Below are positions 26,591-41,910 of a stretch of 64,000 bases of DNA, piece by piece. The first letter of the stretch is position 1. Each line of letters starts with the position of its first letter. The notes below the pieces were generated by a model that made no database searches, was not told where the DNA came from, and saw nothing but the letters and a program-made list of their open reading frames with translations. The DNA comes from Paraspadella gotoi. Its lineage: Eukaryota > Animalia > Chaetognatha. The stretch lies in the NCBI GenBank assembly GCA_051294375.1, contig CM119266.1, positions 10,441,677 to 10,505,676 of the forward strand, written 5' to 3'. Made by a program: the position numbers and the translations under genes.

Positions 26591-29500
26591 ATGAATTTCG
26601 CAAGGAGCGCACGGCGGGGGAAAATGTAAGGCATCAGTACGGCGTGAAAGTGAAAAAAAAGGGTTAATGCCCCAGAAAATGCCGAATTTTTCTCTCTCTT
26701 TGGCTGGAAGCTCAATCAAGCAGAGAAAGAGAGAGAGACAGAGAGAGAGAGAGAAAGAGAGAGAGAAAAAAAAATCGGAAGAGAAAAGTTCCAAGTTCCA
26801 AAACATAGCCTTGAAAAATTACAGAATTTTTTTTTTTTCAGAGAAACTTAATTAATTCATTTTTTTAACAAAATTTACAAAAGTCACATCAAACTTGAAC
26901 TGTGAACCGTGATGACGTCAGGCAACGACGCCATCTAGACTGGGAAACCAAACAAAAGGCACTTCGCATATTTTGTGCACGAGTTAATTAAAAAAAAAAG
27001 TGGCATTCTCTGAGAAAAATGTAGTCAGAAATTGGTTTGGTTTTTTTTTTCTTCCTTTTTATGACGTCGAATTCTCGAAACTTCCCCTGTACTTTAGCCC
27101 ATTGACACATATCTAATCTGCAACAGCTCGACACAGCCCGGCACGGCGCAGCTCAACCCCGCGCGAGTTGTTGACCGTCCAATCGTCGATCCAGATTAAC
27201 TGAGAGTCAGGGAATATGTTTGCCAAACCGTTAAATCCCCCGGTTGTCGTCGTCGTCGTCGTTCTACGCGAAAACAGCACGATCTTTTCTATTGACATTA
27301 AAATTGCCAAGCATTTCCAATTCCAATAAACCAATTATTGAATCGAATAAGTGTAGCGTCGTAAATGCCGAATACTCAGCGGGAGTTACGTGATCGATTA
27401 AAGTTTTTAGTTTTAACCAAAAAAAAAAAAAAGAAAGAAAAAAAAGAGTCACGTCTAACGGAACTGTTGTTCTTCGGGCAAAGAACATTCCACAGGTGAA
27501 TCAGAAAACAGTCGATTTCGCAATTTTTTTTAAAAAAAGGGCAGAAAAAAAGATTAAGAATTTAATCTTTTTTTTCGATCGCGCGGCTTTCGGACAAAAA
27601 AGAAAATCCTCGTCACTCATTAGCACTTGCGTTCGCCTCGCGTCGACAGCTCCAATGGTGGCGAAAAAATGCGAGAACGAGAGAGGCGGGGGGGGGCTAA
27701 TTTTTGCAGGTGGGAGCATCGAAATTTCTCAGAGAAAAGAAAAAACCAATATAAAAAATGTGGGCAGAGAAAATCTTTCGGAAAAAATTCTATCTTATAG
27801 AGAGGCAGCCCAATCAGCTGTCAGATGTCTTGGGGAGAAGGAAAGGTCGGATCAATTAAGGCGGCATATAAAGAGAGCAGAAGACAGAAGATGAGAGAGA
27901 GAGAAGAGAGTAGAGCCGAGACAGAGAGAGAAGGAACGAGAGCCTAGATAGAGAGAGAGAGAGATAGAGATGGAGAGTGCAGCTTTTTAAGGAATTTATA
28001 TTAGGACTTCTTAGCGATAATAAACACCTCATTATGTATGGACGTTTCGGGTTATTTCGGTAGACCTAAAATAAGAAATGAGCAAGAAAAAAAAATAATG
28101 GCCTACCGTAAAATTTGATTAAGAAATATAAAAATTGAATCAGTTTCGTGGTAGGATGAGATGATGGAGAGAGGCAGAGAGCGAGCGGAAGAGAGATCGG
28201 AGAGAAGGAGGAGAGAGAGAGAGAGAGAGACGAGAGAGAGACGAGAGGAGCAGAGCATGCACAATAGCCAAATAAGGGCTGGCCGCCGCCGAACTAAACC
28301 AGCAGCAAGATCCGGTTTTTTCAAGTACGGCCATTCCTTCCCGCGCTGACGACCACTGTGCCGATCCAAGGCCGAAAAATGCCCTCTCTTCTCTCTCCGC
28401 TTCTCTCTCGTCTCTCTCTCTCTCGTATTGACTTGGAGCCTTAGACTTGTAGGCGCTAATGTGTGGATCGCAAGCCACTTCGAAACGGTTTCCAATGTGT
28501 ACCAATTGAAATCGATACAGAAGAAAACAGAGCTGGGGTACTTTTTGTTCAGGTGGTAATGCATTAAATTCGGTCGCTTGGGTCGTTAAGTATCTGTGTT
28601 GAATTCGCCTTCTTGATTTAATCATGATTTGGATTATATTGCCGCGGTGGACGCTTTTGTAAGAGGTAGATTCTTAAGCCGTTTTTATTTATATCTTGAT
28701 GGACTTTAATAAAGTCAAAACTTGGGTCCGGCTAATGTACGACGTCAATATTACTCGGTTTCGATGTTAAACAAAATACTATTGTCTATAGTTAGTTTTA
28801 ATTGTATGGTGGAAGAAAATCCTGCAACCGATGACCGCGGTCAGCGGAGACAGGGGAGAGGTATTCGCCATTCCGATAAAGTTTACTATTAACGAATTAT
28901 TTAAAATTATTGCATCTCTTCAATTGGTATGCATTCGTTCGTCAGATCCGCCGATCGATTCTCGAATCGCGAGATTGTCCAAGTTTGTATTTTTTTTAGT
29001 TCTATTTTCAGACAAAANNNNNNNNNNNNNNNNNNNNNNNNNNNNNNNNNNNNNNNNNNNNNNNNNNNNNNNNNNNNNNNNNNNNNNNNNNNNNNNNNNN
29101 NNNNNNNNNNNNNNNNNNNNNNNNNNNNNNNNNNNNNNNNNNNNNNNNNNNNNNNNNNNNNNNNNNNNNNNNNNNNNNNNNNNNNNNNNNNNNNNNNNNN
29201 NNNNNNNNNNNNNNNNNNNNNNNNNNNNNNNNNNNNNNNNNNNNNNNNNNNNNNNNNNNNNNNNNNNNNNNNNNNNNNNNNNNNNNNNNNNNNNNNNNNN
29301 NNNNNNNNNNNNNNNNNNNNNNNNNNNNNNNNNNNNNNNNNNNNNNNNNNNNNNNNNNNNNNNNNNNNNNNNNNNNNNNNNNNNNNNNNNNNNNNNNNNN
29401 NNNNNNNNNNNNNNNNNNNNNNNNNNNNNNNNNNNNNNNNNNNNNNNNNNNNNNNNNNNNNNNNNNNNNNNNNNNNNNNNNNNNNNNNNNNNNNNNNNNN

Positions 29501-30109
29501 NNNNNNNNNNNNNNNNNNNNNNNNNNNNNNNNNNNNAAAAAAAAGGCGGAAATAAAAACGCCCTATTCGTCGTAGACAACGTTGGGTTAAGAGAATGAAC
29601 AAACTCCAAAGTCAAACCAAATACATCAATTCACAATATCCACTGAGAAGACGTGNNNNNNNNNNNNNNNNNNNNNNNNNNNNNNNNNNNNNNNNNNNNN
29701 NNNNNNNNNNNNNNNNNNNNNNNNNNNNNNNNNNNNNNNNNNNNNNNNNNNNNNNNNNNNNNNNNNNNNNNNNNNNNNNNNNNNNNNNNNNNNNNNNNNN
29801 NNNNNNNNNNNNNNNNNNNNNNNNNNNNNNNNNNNNNNNNNNNNNNNNNNNNNNNNNNNNNNNNNNNNNNNNNNNNNNNNNNNNNNCCCTCACACTCTCT
29901 CTTTCTCCCACAGGAGGAAAAACATTGTTTCCTGCTGCGCAATTTCGCGTAAAAATAAAACAAAAAAAATTGTTTCTCCTCTCTCTCCTCGGTGGGGGGG
30001 GGGTGCCGGTCTCGCGGGTCGTGTCCCTCTCTCTCTCTCTCTTCTCTCCTCTCTCTCTCTCTCTCTCTCATTAGACGATCTGGGCTGCTAGACACAAACT
30101 AGAAGGGGG

Positions 30110-31240
30110 TCAGAGCAAGACAATGGTAATGCAACATTGGGAAAATAGCTGGACAAACGAGAAAAAATGGAAACTTCGAAATAAAAATTAAAATTGCACG
30201 TCATATGTAAGGTACCTAGGGATATTATAAGTAAAGATGGTAAAAATACAGAAAACTTAAGAAAACCGGAAAAGAAAAAATTACAAATGAACATTCGAAA
30301 AATGTCGAAACACAAGTGTCCTCAAAGTGAAGTTATGGGAAAGACAAATAGACGACATCTGTTCTTATCGATACTTCATGAAAAGAGTAGAGTTTACTGG
30401 TTTGCTTACAAACTCTGTGAAACAGGCACTGAACAAAAAAGGAACAAGAAGGATTCTAGAACAAAATAGAAATCAAGCAATCAAACAATTATTTTCACTC
30501 TCCGTATTCAATGACCAACACCAGCGATAAATTTACAAGCTTCGGTCTTTTGTACACAACTTGCCGAGTCATCCTCAAACAAATTGCTTTAATCTCCATA
30601 ATTATCTTAACCAAAATGCAAACACATTGGACCTTACAGAGCTGGTAATCGTTAGATGAAAAGAACATTGGCATGGACCAAATATATAAAGAAAAAACAG
30701 TAAATAAAATTAACCACCTTGATTTCAAACTCAATTAAAAAATAATTTCAAAAAATCAATGGAAAATCGAAGTCAAAAAAGAGATAGAAAAAAAATAATA
30801 AACAAAAATTACTCTAGACGACTGCCATTAAAATATTGGAAAATTGGAGAGAAAAAATCAGTAAAGGAGTCTAAGAGAACTAAATCAATCATAATAAACT
30901 CAACAAATGGAACTACAAAGAGAACATGCAAGGAACTACTAAAAGTGCACGAAAAACAACACCAAGATCTCTTTTGATAGCGAAGGATACGTAGAGTAGT
31001 GTGGAAAAAGGGCTCAAAGGATCTTTAAAAGAAATCTATGTGAACAATTAACACTTTTCGATATGAAGAACACCGTTCTAAATTATTGCGTTTAAATGTA
31101 AAAAAACATAAATTTCTAAGGAAGACTACCAAATAAAATCGATTCAGAGAATTATTCTAAAGATACTTCCCAAAACTTATGAAAATAATGGTAACATGAA
31201 AATGTATGGGAATGTAAAAATGGAAAGGTTCCGATCATAA
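30110..31240 (+). mobile_element. Degenerate non-LTR retrotransposon 3' fragment (RT thumb/C-terminal region)
   Basis: Frameshifted A-rich coding remnants: YLGDIISKDGKNTENLRK (~30214-30265), typical of the post-YADD region of invertebrate LINE RTs, followed by fragments GLLYTT, HWTLQ, LDEKNIG and a decayed Cys/His tail (~31000-31090). Confidence 0.6.
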
Positions 31241-31933
31241 ACTTAAGCTATGATCGTTTGTATATAAAAATTTTGTCTTTTTTAAGTTTACAATATCTCT
31301 CTCTTTNNNNNNNNNNNNNNNNNNNNNNNNNGAGAGATCAAATCGCGAAGAGTCCATCAGAGCGATAAGTGTCACCCCCCCTCTTTTCTTTTGACACATT
31401 GGATCGAAGATCGAATCGATAAATGTCACCAGTTTTTCTTTTTTCCTTTATGTCTTTCTTCTTCTATTTTTTACAAAGTTTCGCCCCCTGGCGACTCCTC
31501 GGGGCCTCAAGATCGCGGCGCCGCCTCCAGGGCCTCGGTACGCCACCTCGCGGGGTTCCCGTCGCCACGTCCGTCCTCGGAGACGTCATGAGTATTCCGC
31601 TCCCGGGTCCGCTGGCCGTGTGGGCCCTCGCGTCACTGGAAAGTCCCGTCGCATTGGCCTCGCGCTTCGGGGTCTATGCACGGCGTCAACCCCCGGGTCA
31701 GCGTAGCCTCCGGAGGAAGAAGAAGGGGGAGGAGAAGAAGGAGAAGAAACGCGCGCATGGAAAATAAACGAGGGTGACACAAAAAAATGGCGGCGACGAC
31801 GACGAGAACGACGACGACGTACGACGACGCGCCCCGAGAAACAAGCACGAGTTTTTTTATGAGAGAAAAAAAATAAACGTCGATAAGAAAAAGCGAAAAA
31901 AGTTAAGAGAAAAATAAGGATATGTAAGGGGGC

Positions 31934-32027
<94 letters not shown>

Positions 32028-32120
32028 CGATGGCAAACTAAAAAAAAAAGAGAAGCGAGACGAGGAGACTGTTGGCACGTCTGACGAGAAACGAGACAAG
32101 ATTGAAGAAAGGCAGGATGA

Positions 32121-32222
32121 GGAAAGAGACTATTTACAGATGAAGAAGAAGGAAAGAGACGATTTACAGATGAAGGAGAAGGAAAGAGATGATTTACAGA
32201 TGGAGGTGGAGGAAAGAGACGA
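32121..32222 (+). repeat. 30-bp minisatellite, about 3.3 copies (GGAAAGAGACGATTTACAGATGAAGAAGAA)
   Basis: Tandem units visible directly; translate as ERDDLQMKEK. Confidence 0.9.
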
Positions 32223-32637
32223 AAGAGAAAGAGAGATGGTATCTGAGTGAAAAGAATATTGCTTGTACAAATTTCGAAACGATAAGAGAGCGTCAGATGT
32301 AAATTCTGGGTCGAGTTGAGACAAAGAGAAAAGATAATGAGGTTAATTAAGAGTAAATAGATAGAAGATTAATTGATTTAGCGAGAGGCAATGACATTGG
32401 ATCGAACAAAATTAAAAAAAAAAGCGAATGTCACTGAACAATAACTGTAAAACAGACACCGAATAACATAATATAAAAAAGACCAAAAAAACAAAACTAA
32501 AAAAACAAAACAACTAAGAGGTGAGACAGATGTCCATGCTCTCGAAGCCGAGATAACGCTGAGGTCGCGCGCGTCGCTGAGGCTCATGGAACCGAGGTCG
32601 AAAGTTGAGACGGAATGCGATGTGTGGGGAGGAGAGA

Positions 32638-32738
32638 GAACGAACGAAGAATGAATGAAGAACGAATGAAGAATGAATGATGAACGAACGAAGAATGAAT
32701 GATGAACGAACGAAGAATGAAGGATGAACGAATGAATT
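32638..32738 (+). repeat. (GAAT/GAAC)n degenerate tetranucleotide repeat
   Basis: Seen directly. Confidence 0.9.
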
Positions 32739-33940
32739 TTATTCAATTAAAACCAAACAAATTAAATTTGTCAGCGACATATGATGTTTAGAGACCGAAT
32801 TTTAAAGCCCAATGTCCAACAAAAAAAAAACCCAAAAAACCAAAGCTTAACCAGAAAAGCCCACTAACTAATATGAGAAATAAATCGAAAATACCGAACG
32901 TCACGGGATTTCAAAATTTTAAAAATTCTATAGGGTAAGCGAGTAGTTAAAAAATGTTCGTAAATACTCTAAAAGTCAAATGAAATCGGGAGAATCGAAA
33001 TTTATTTATTTTTTTTTAACCATTCATTCTATCGCTGAACGATGAGAATAATACATTTTAGGTTTCGAGATTGTGAGAGAAAAACGAAAAACAAAAAAAA
33101 NNNNNNNNNNNNNNNNNNNNNNNNNNNNNNNNNNNNNNNNNNNNNNNNNNNNNNNNNNNNNNNNNNNNNNNNNNNNNNNNNNNNNNNNNNNNNNNNNNNN
33201 NNNNNNNNNNNNNNNNNNNNNNNNNNNNNNNNNNNNNNNNNNNNNNNNNNNNNNNNNNNNNNNNNNNNNNNNNNNNNNNNNNNNNNNNNNNNNNNNNNNN
33301 NNNNNNNNNNNNNNNNNNNNNNNNNNNNNNNNNNNNNNNNNNNNNNNNNNNNNNNNNNNNNNNNNNNNNNNNNNNNNNNNNNNNNNNNNNNNNNNNNNNN
33401 NNNNNNNNNNNNNNNNNNNNNNNNNNNNNNNNNNNNNNNNNNNNNNNNNNNNNNNNNNNNNNNNNNNNNNNNNNNNNNNNNNNNNNNNNNNNNNNNNNNN
33501 NNNNNNNNNNNNNNNNNNNNNNNNNNNNNNNNNNNNNNNNNNNNNNNNNNNNNNNNNNNNNNNNNNNNNNNNNNNNNNNNNNNNNNNNNNNNNNNNNNNN
33601 NNNNNNNNNNNNNNNNNNNNNNNNNNNNNNNNNNNNNNNNNNNNNNNNNNNNNNNNNNNNNNNNNNNNNNNNNNNNNNNNNNNNNNNNNNNNNNNNNNNN
33701 AGAGAAAAAGAGAGGAGAGAGAGAAGAGAGAAGAGAGAGAGAGAAGCTAAATTCTGGATTCTCGCTGGAAACACATTTCTCTTTTTTTTGTAAAAAGGCA
33801 AGGAAGGGAAACAGAAGAGAAAGTAACACTTGAACGATTTTACATTAATGTAGCAGAAGAGGAGAGAGAAGAAAATAGAAGGAGAGATCGATAAAGAGAG
33901 GAGAGAGAAAGAGAGAGAAGGAGGAGAGAGAGAGAGAGAG

Positions 33941-33984
<44 letters not shown>

Positions 33985-36365
33985 GAGAGACAGAGAGAGA
34001 TAGGGAAGAGACGAACGGAAGAAACAGACGGACCATAAAAGGAGGAGGAATAAATTCCCACGAACACGCCCCATGCAAACGACGAGAGAAAAAAAAAGTT
34101 TCATTGTAAGAAAACTATTGGGAGAAATGTATATACCCGGGAAGGTTGGCGAAGCTAACGTTAAAGAGAGAGAGAGAAAAAGAGAGAGAGAGAGAGAGAG
34201 AAGGAGAGAGACTTGTAAGCATACTCTACTTCTATGCCTTCTTCTGCGACGGCAGGAGAACCGGCCGGATTGAGATGCAGCGGCGGCCGTCTCGTGCGCC
34301 GCGGCGGAGCAGCCCGGGCGAGAGACTCGCGGCCGCAGCCCGAGTGGCACTGCAGCGGCAGCGGCAGCGTGTGCAGAGTTCTCGAGATGCTGCCGCCGCT
34401 GGATCCTGCCGTGCTTTCCGTTCCCTGGGTTGTCCTTTTACATACGCTGCCGGAAAATGAATTGCGTATGGATGTCGGCCAAACCCACCACCCCATGGGC
34501 CATGTCGGCTAATCCCACCCTTTATTAACCAACTCGAACTTTTATTTTGTCAGTTTTAATATGGAATGGACAGGATTCGGCAACTGAACTTTGCCCCTTT
34601 AAATGTAAGCGAAAAAAATAATTAAAAAAACTACATTTGTAATGATATCAAATCAATTGAAGTAAAGGAGTGGTTTTGACATTTGTAAAATGAAGATAAA
34701 TAGAATAATAATCCACAACATTCTATAACACTGCGATCTTGAAACAAATATCTGATATTCAACCTATTAGTTTAGTGCCCTTTCATGTTTTTTTTTTTTT
34801 TCAATATTGACTTTATTTTTGTTGGTGGAAAATCGATAAAGGTCCTGGGTAAGGTGGTTTTTCGACCAACTGTTGACGCAGCCTCCGCCGCAGCTGCTAC
34901 CGTCGCTGCCTACACTATTCTATACCCGGCTGTTCTACATACACGCATACATTTACATACGGGTTGCGGTCCGGAGCGGCAATGAGGAAGACCATGAAGA
35001 GGAGGAGGAGGAGGAGGAGGAGGTCTAGGCAAACGAGACTCGAAACGATGAAGAGGAGGAGCTGATCGAGGAGGAAGAGGAGGAAGAGGAGAAGGAAGAT
35101 GAGGAGGAAGAGATTGCGAAAGACTCCCAGTGTGGGTGCATAGCCTTGGACGAGGTTCTCTCGTGCCCGGTCGATGGCCGTCTTGGCGAACCGATCCGGC
35201 CGTGTGGGGGTGTTGGGGCCGAATTGGGGGCGGGGGTAAGTCGCGGACCGTATTAACATGGGTAAGTTGAAGTGAGAGAGTGTCATAGTTTTTAATTCGA
35301 TGGAAATAAAAGTGATAAGACATTTTATTTTTGAAAGATACTTTTGCCGAGAAAATCCAATATAAATAAAGTAAGGTAATTAGAAACAATTCTATGAAAC
35401 TTTTCACTCATTTAATAAAGTAGAATCTGGTCCATAGTAGCTGTAAGCTTACTGCAAATTTTACGTAATTTTGCTAATTGATTAATGATTCAGCAATAGT
35501 AAGGAGGAATGTAAATTCTTGCCTCTTTCTGAATTTTAGACTTAAACTCACACAATTTTTTATCTTTTATTCCCTAAATAGATACCACCAGGCAAGAAAA
35601 GCTAACGGTTGCCGGTAATAAAAAGTTAATTTTTCGATGGCTGTCACGCTTCCGATTAACACAAATGTAACGATACCGTTATTAATATTTTTTTTATAAT
35701 TATCAATGACCAAAAGCAATAAGAAAAAGCAAAATGACTGTAAAACGTTCAAGGAAAAGAAAGGACTACAAAAACGCTAGGCACTAACTTCGGTAAATGT
35801 TAAAAATAATCCATAACATCACAGAGGCAACTAACTAATTTGACATTGAAACGGTTTTAAGGCCTATAGTTAAAAAAAAACTTTAAAACCTAATGGCTGG
35901 AATTGATAAGCCTAAAGATATTCCGTTTTTAACATTATAACATTATAACGAGAAAGAGTTTGTTTTACTGCAGTATGATAATGATAATGCAAATGACATT
36001 ACAGGCAGTTTTCAACATCTCGTTTTCTCTCACCAACCTCGTTTTTTCGACCCTAATGAACCCGAAAGGGTGAGGCCGAGGGAGATGATATTGTTCTCTC
36101 CGCATAAATTTCATATCCGCCCCTTGGGGCATTTTCATGCATCCGAAAGAAGTACCACGGAAAATGAGGAAGAGGCGAGGGAGGGAGGAAGAAGAGAAGA
36201 AAAGAGGATAAATATAGTCGAGATGTGTGTGTTTGTGAGAAAGAAAGAAAATAAAGGCAAATGGGAAAAGACAGGTGGGAATTTCGAATTGTGTTTTATA
36301 CATTATTATAACTTTTATAACAAATGAATGAAAAGTGAATAAAATAATAGAGAGGTGGAATAATG

Positions 36366-36486
<121 letters not shown>

Positions 36487-37498
36487 TCGGCATTTTTCGG
36501 GTTAGCCCTTCGTCAGGCTGAAGGTTCTCATCGCAAGGAATTTCACTTGATGACGTCACGCGGTGATCACGTGATCAGTCATCTGGAACAATTCCGCAGT
36601 TGAGTTATTATTAAGTTCGCGAGATAAAAAAAAAGTTGAATCGGATTCAAACAAATATTTTATATAATCAAAGCATATTAACCGTGTAATATAACGCTTT
36701 GAAATCTTGATAACACTGCCCTTTTTTGAATAATACTACATTATCTCTCCAAAAATATCTCTAAATAATTTTATGAACGATTTATATATAACAATTCCAA
36801 CCGCGACGAACCGTTTCGTGACCGGCCAGTTTATCCCCCGAGATCCCAGCATGATCCAAAGTTCCGGACCGAAATCTCTCGTTTTTTTCTCCCAGAAAAC
36901 CCCGTTTTTAGACGATCGATAATTTTATTGATTATTATGAGTTATGAGTTAATGATTTTTCTGATTAAAAGATTTACAATTTTTTTAATATTTGTTTCAT
37001 GTAGGGTGGCAACTGAATTTGTCATTTAGGTTCTCATCGTATATTGTACAATTTTTTTAAAGAATGCACAGCGCAATGAAAGTGAAGCATGTTTGGTTTC
37101 CAGCATTTAAACTATTTTTTGTCCTAGTAGAGGGGCCCCAAGTTCGTATAAACTCAAAAGTTCTGGGTATTTTAACGCATTAAATGATCACAGATGCCTT
37201 TCAATTCTGTTCATTGGAACCTGACTAGATTTAATGCAAATTCTTCCTTGCTTTCTTTTAAATTTTGTCTTGCAACATGTCTCTACCGCGTTCGGTTCAC
37301 AAAACTACTGAATGAGATTCTAAAATTCACAAGTCGTAATCGAAAAACCATAATAACCATGTATTGTGAAATCGCGCAACAAATTTTATGTTTCAAGTGA
37401 AACTCTCCTTCGGCTCATTGAGAATCTTGACGAGCTTTTCCAGTCTTCGGAGAGCGAGCGGCAATCCGCCCGACGGCTGCATCCGACGACCACCGTCG

Positions 37499-38871
37499 AT
37501 GTCAGAATCGGAGCCTCGACCGACGGAATGTCCCCCGAATCCTTACCCGAACTTACCCGCCTCCCTCGCCCCTTACATTCGTGTTTCGTTCGTCATTATC
37601 GTCGTCGTCGTCGTCGCCGGCGTGGGCGGCGTTCGCGTCGACGCCGATATCGACGACGACGACGAGGAACGCGAGAGGGCGACGCGTCTCTACCACGACT
37701 GCCTGAGGAGAAGAGAGGCGAGGATGAAGGAGACGGACGAGGAGAGGGAGGAAGAGGAGAGAGAGGGAGAGAGGGAGGAAGGGTTGGAGGAAATGGAGGA
37801 GACGCCGATGATGAGGAACGAGGGGGAGGAAATCAATTTGGACTGCGATGTCTGTCGTCGCCCGGGACAAGGCAAGCGGTCAGTAGAGACGATGACGAAA
37901 ATGACGACGACGACGACGACGACAATGATTATGACGACGAAAACAGTGATCTTATTTGTGATAACAATTTAGACTTTTAGTCCGAGGTCTGTTAAGGTTG
38001 CCAACGCGATTTGAAAGTTGTCAGCGTCACATGATATTTATAAGAAATTGTGTACATACCATTGTCGGCCAAAATAGGTGATGAGTATATTTAAAATTTT
38101 AAATTTCCGAAAAACAACTTTATTATATATATTTTCGCGTAATTTTAGTGGAGCATAGTTCTCCTGCTTTATGACTGAGGAGTTAACTAAAAATTATATT
38201 AATATGTATTTTCATTTTGATTTCAGGCTCGATTTAAGATATTTCCCATATATTCTCAAATATTATCATTTCAGCCTTAAGGCTTAACGATCCGAAAATT
38301 CGCATTACATATCTTTTTTTTTATTTCTGTTTCGCGCATAACTGATTATCGTATGAGCTTAGCCCTTCAGACCCGACTACGGAGGCGAAAAGAAGCAAGG
38401 GATAAAAGAATTAGGATGATGGAGGAAGAGAGAGATATATGCAGATAACAAATGCGGGAGGAAATGTGCGTGGAGGGATTTCGAGGTGGAAATATGCATG
38501 AGAGAGAGAAAGAGAGGACTTATAATACGCAACGGGAGGAAGTGTTGTTGATTGGTGATGGATGGAAGGGGGGGAAGTGATAACTTGACATATCCACCTC
38601 ACATTTTCCCCTCTTTTCCTTTCCTCCGCATCGAGAAATGCAACCTGGCAACGAATCCTCCATTTTTTTTCTCGTCTCCCGAAATTCCATGTTTTTTCCC
38701 CGGGAATGTCGTTGACCATTTTTTTCCTTCTTTTTCTGGGAATCGCGGGGGAAGGCTTTTGCTGTTTTGGTGACGAAGCTGCGATATATTCATCTGCGCG
38801 TCAGTCATTTCTTTTCTCTCTCTCTCTCTCTCCTCTCTCTCTTCTCTCTCTCTCTCTCTCTCTTCGTCTCT

Positions 38872-38907
<36 letters not shown>

Positions 38908-41822
38908 CCATAGTCAGCGGGAGAAAGAAGAAAAAAAAGGTTTATAACTCAAAAACACGCCCAACCGCAAAAATAAAAGAGAAGAGGAATCGTTGGAATA
39001 AAAAAAAGTAGGGTTGCATGGATTAGTAGGGATTACAAATCCCAAACCTCAAATCCAACTTACCTTTTCGCCATCTTCCAAAAATCCATATCGTGTACAT
39101 ATATCTTTCCCTGGGTCCTCTCAAAGCCCTAAGCCTGCCATTCCGATTTGTCCAAACTTGTGCGAACGTCATCGGAAAAAGAAAGGAAAAGAAAGAAAAT
39201 GGCCGAGGCCGAGGAAGATCCGCGATATAAGTTGGGGCATTCGAGCGTCGGAAAAAAGGTTTCGCCCACCGCAGCGGATCGAGTTTCCTTACCCCTTGTA
39301 CATGACGAAAGTCAATAAAGTTCCGACCGGGATAAGGTTTTTCCGAGGGTGGGGGTTTGGGGGGGGGGGAACGGAGGGTCGCATACTGACATTTTTCGCT
39401 GACCAAGAAAATCGAGGAAAGTCGCCGAACCTTGTCCGATTTTGTTGACTGGGCAGTAATCGACTTTTGCGTGTTAAATGACGTTTATAAACTAAGTCAA
39501 CTCATGTTAATCAATGTAAAGGAAAAGTCTCCTTCGCTAAGTACATCTTAAGCACCATAAATCAGATTGCTATCGCCCGTGCCCCTGATCGAAAAAAAAA
39601 AAAAACAAGCCTGCAATGAAACAAAATGTTATAGAAATTCTCAGAAGGCGGAATATTTTGGGATTTTTTTTCTCGGAAAAAGATTTTTCTCTCCGTCTCG
39701 AAAATCATGCGATGTCCTCCATGACCTAATTCCTTTTTCCCCCCGAGAAAGGCCGAGGGACGGGAAAGGCGGAAATGAGATCCTTTGTTTGTTTATGTTG
39801 GGATCGTCGTCGTCGTCGTTGTATTTCGTCGTCGTCGTCGTTGTATTTCGTCGATGCAATTGTACGAAAGCCGTCGAGAATTCTTTTCCTCGTTTTCATC
39901 ACCCACGATTGCCTGTTGCAATTTATAACGACCGCGTAAATTAAAGAACAACAAACTTCAAGATTACAACAACATACAATAACGTTAAAGTAGGCCTTCA
40001 ATAGGCAAAATGATACCTTGCAATAACAATACACCCTTTGAGTGCTTACCAAAACAAGGGCAACAAAAATTAAACTGTAACATTTAATAATAACTGTACT
40101 AAAACATCTAACCGTCTGCCTACAACCGCCACTTAACCGCCCCCCTCCCTTCTTTACAGTCACTACACGGTGACGTGGTTCTTTCGCCAACAGGAGTCGT
40201 CGTCGCGTCGACGTCTCCGTCCAGAGTCGGAACGCGTCGTCGTCAGCGGCAACGGACGTTTGACGATTCAAAGGCTGACGATCGAGGATTCGGGGGTCTA
40301 CGCATGCGCAGTAGCGTCCACGGTGGCGTGTTTTTGTTTTTACTTTTCTTTTTCATTTTTATATTGCTTAGTTAAGTTCTTTTCTTTTTTCCTTTCTTTT
40401 CCTTTTGCCTTTCTTTTCTTTTGTCTTTTCTTTTCTCGTCTTCTTTTTTCCTTTCATTTATTCTCTTTTATTTTTATTTTTTTCTTTCCTCCTTTTTTCC
40501 ATTTGATAAGATTCTTCAACAGTTTTAAAACTTTCAACTCTCATTCTAGTCTTCCCCTCATCCTTTCATCTCCGCCAATTTCCTCGTCGACGTCGTCCGC
40601 TCAGAGAGACGCACCCTCGTCCTCCGAGGCCACAACGAGGATGCACTGCAGTCGCCGAAGCAGCTCGTCGACTTGAACTTAGAGGCGAGCAAAAGAAAGA
40701 AATAAATATAAAAAAGAAGAAAAAAACGGAAACAAATAAGAAGGGAAGGAAGGAAGGAAAGGAAGGAAGGAGGAAAGGAAGAAGAATGGAAGGAAGAAAG
40801 GAAGGAAGAGAAAGGAAGGAAGAAGAAGGAAGGAAGGAAAGGAAGGAAAGGAAGGAAGAAGAAGGAAGGGAAAAAAAGAAAAGAAAGAAAGAAAGAAACT
40901 TCCAACACACAGCTGACGACCCACTGGTCCGAGTGGAGCGACTGCAGCCACTGCGGCGCCGAAGGAATCCGTCGCCGGTTCGGCGACTGCCGCGTGGGCA
41001 TCCTCGACCGGCATCGAGAGAGCCTTCCCTGGCATCGGCTGCGTCGCTTCCCCCGTGGCGTTCCCTGCCGCTCCACCACGCTGTTGCCGCAGCGGGTGAG
41101 AGAGACGAAGCTGGTGGCGGAGCGGCGCAGCGTGACCTTCGTGGAGCCGTGTCGGGTGCCGTGTCGGGCGGCGGCGTCGGTAGAGGAGGTGACCGACGCC
41201 GATGGGCTCGTCGTCGCTCGAATCCACGAAGGCGTTGACAACTCGGTTTTCGAAGAGGCGTTCTCTGCGGCGGCGGGGGCGGCGGGAGCGGCGGGGACGG
41301 CGCCGACGCCGGATATGGGGCTGGCGCCGCCGCCGTCGCCGGTGAAGAAGATTGTGAGGGAAGTCGCGGGGACGAACATCGTCATGATTTGTCCGCACGA
41401 AGGGAAACGAGAAATATTGAAGGTCGGGTTTTAATGCGAGGATTAGATTAGATTAGATTAGATTAGATTAGATTATTAATTTAGATATTTTTATTTTCAG
41501 TTTGGTGAAGATATTATAAGATTACTTTAAAACCCTCCCAAAAACTATAGTCTATCGCAGGAATTTTTTTTTTTTGTCTAATCCTCGCTCAGGTCAAATT
41601 CATTTGTTAATTTTTTTTTTAACAACTTTCATGACAAAAATCTTATTTCTCCCCCTATAAAGTGGTTCAAAGATGGCCGCAAGATGTCGACTCGCGAAAC
41701 TATGCGAACGACACGCGGAAGAATAGTCATAGACAAAAGACGTCGCATTCACGTGAGATCCGCGCGGAAAGAGGACGAGGGACAATATCATTGTTACGTT
41801 GACGGATATTTAAGAGGTAAAC

Positions 41823-41910
<88 letters not shown>

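Noticed and set aside
39567-39944. ORF as the first exon of the FAM187A-like gene
   Set aside because: It lacks the first Ig cysteine motif and a suitable phase-2 donor; 37499-37878 supplies both.
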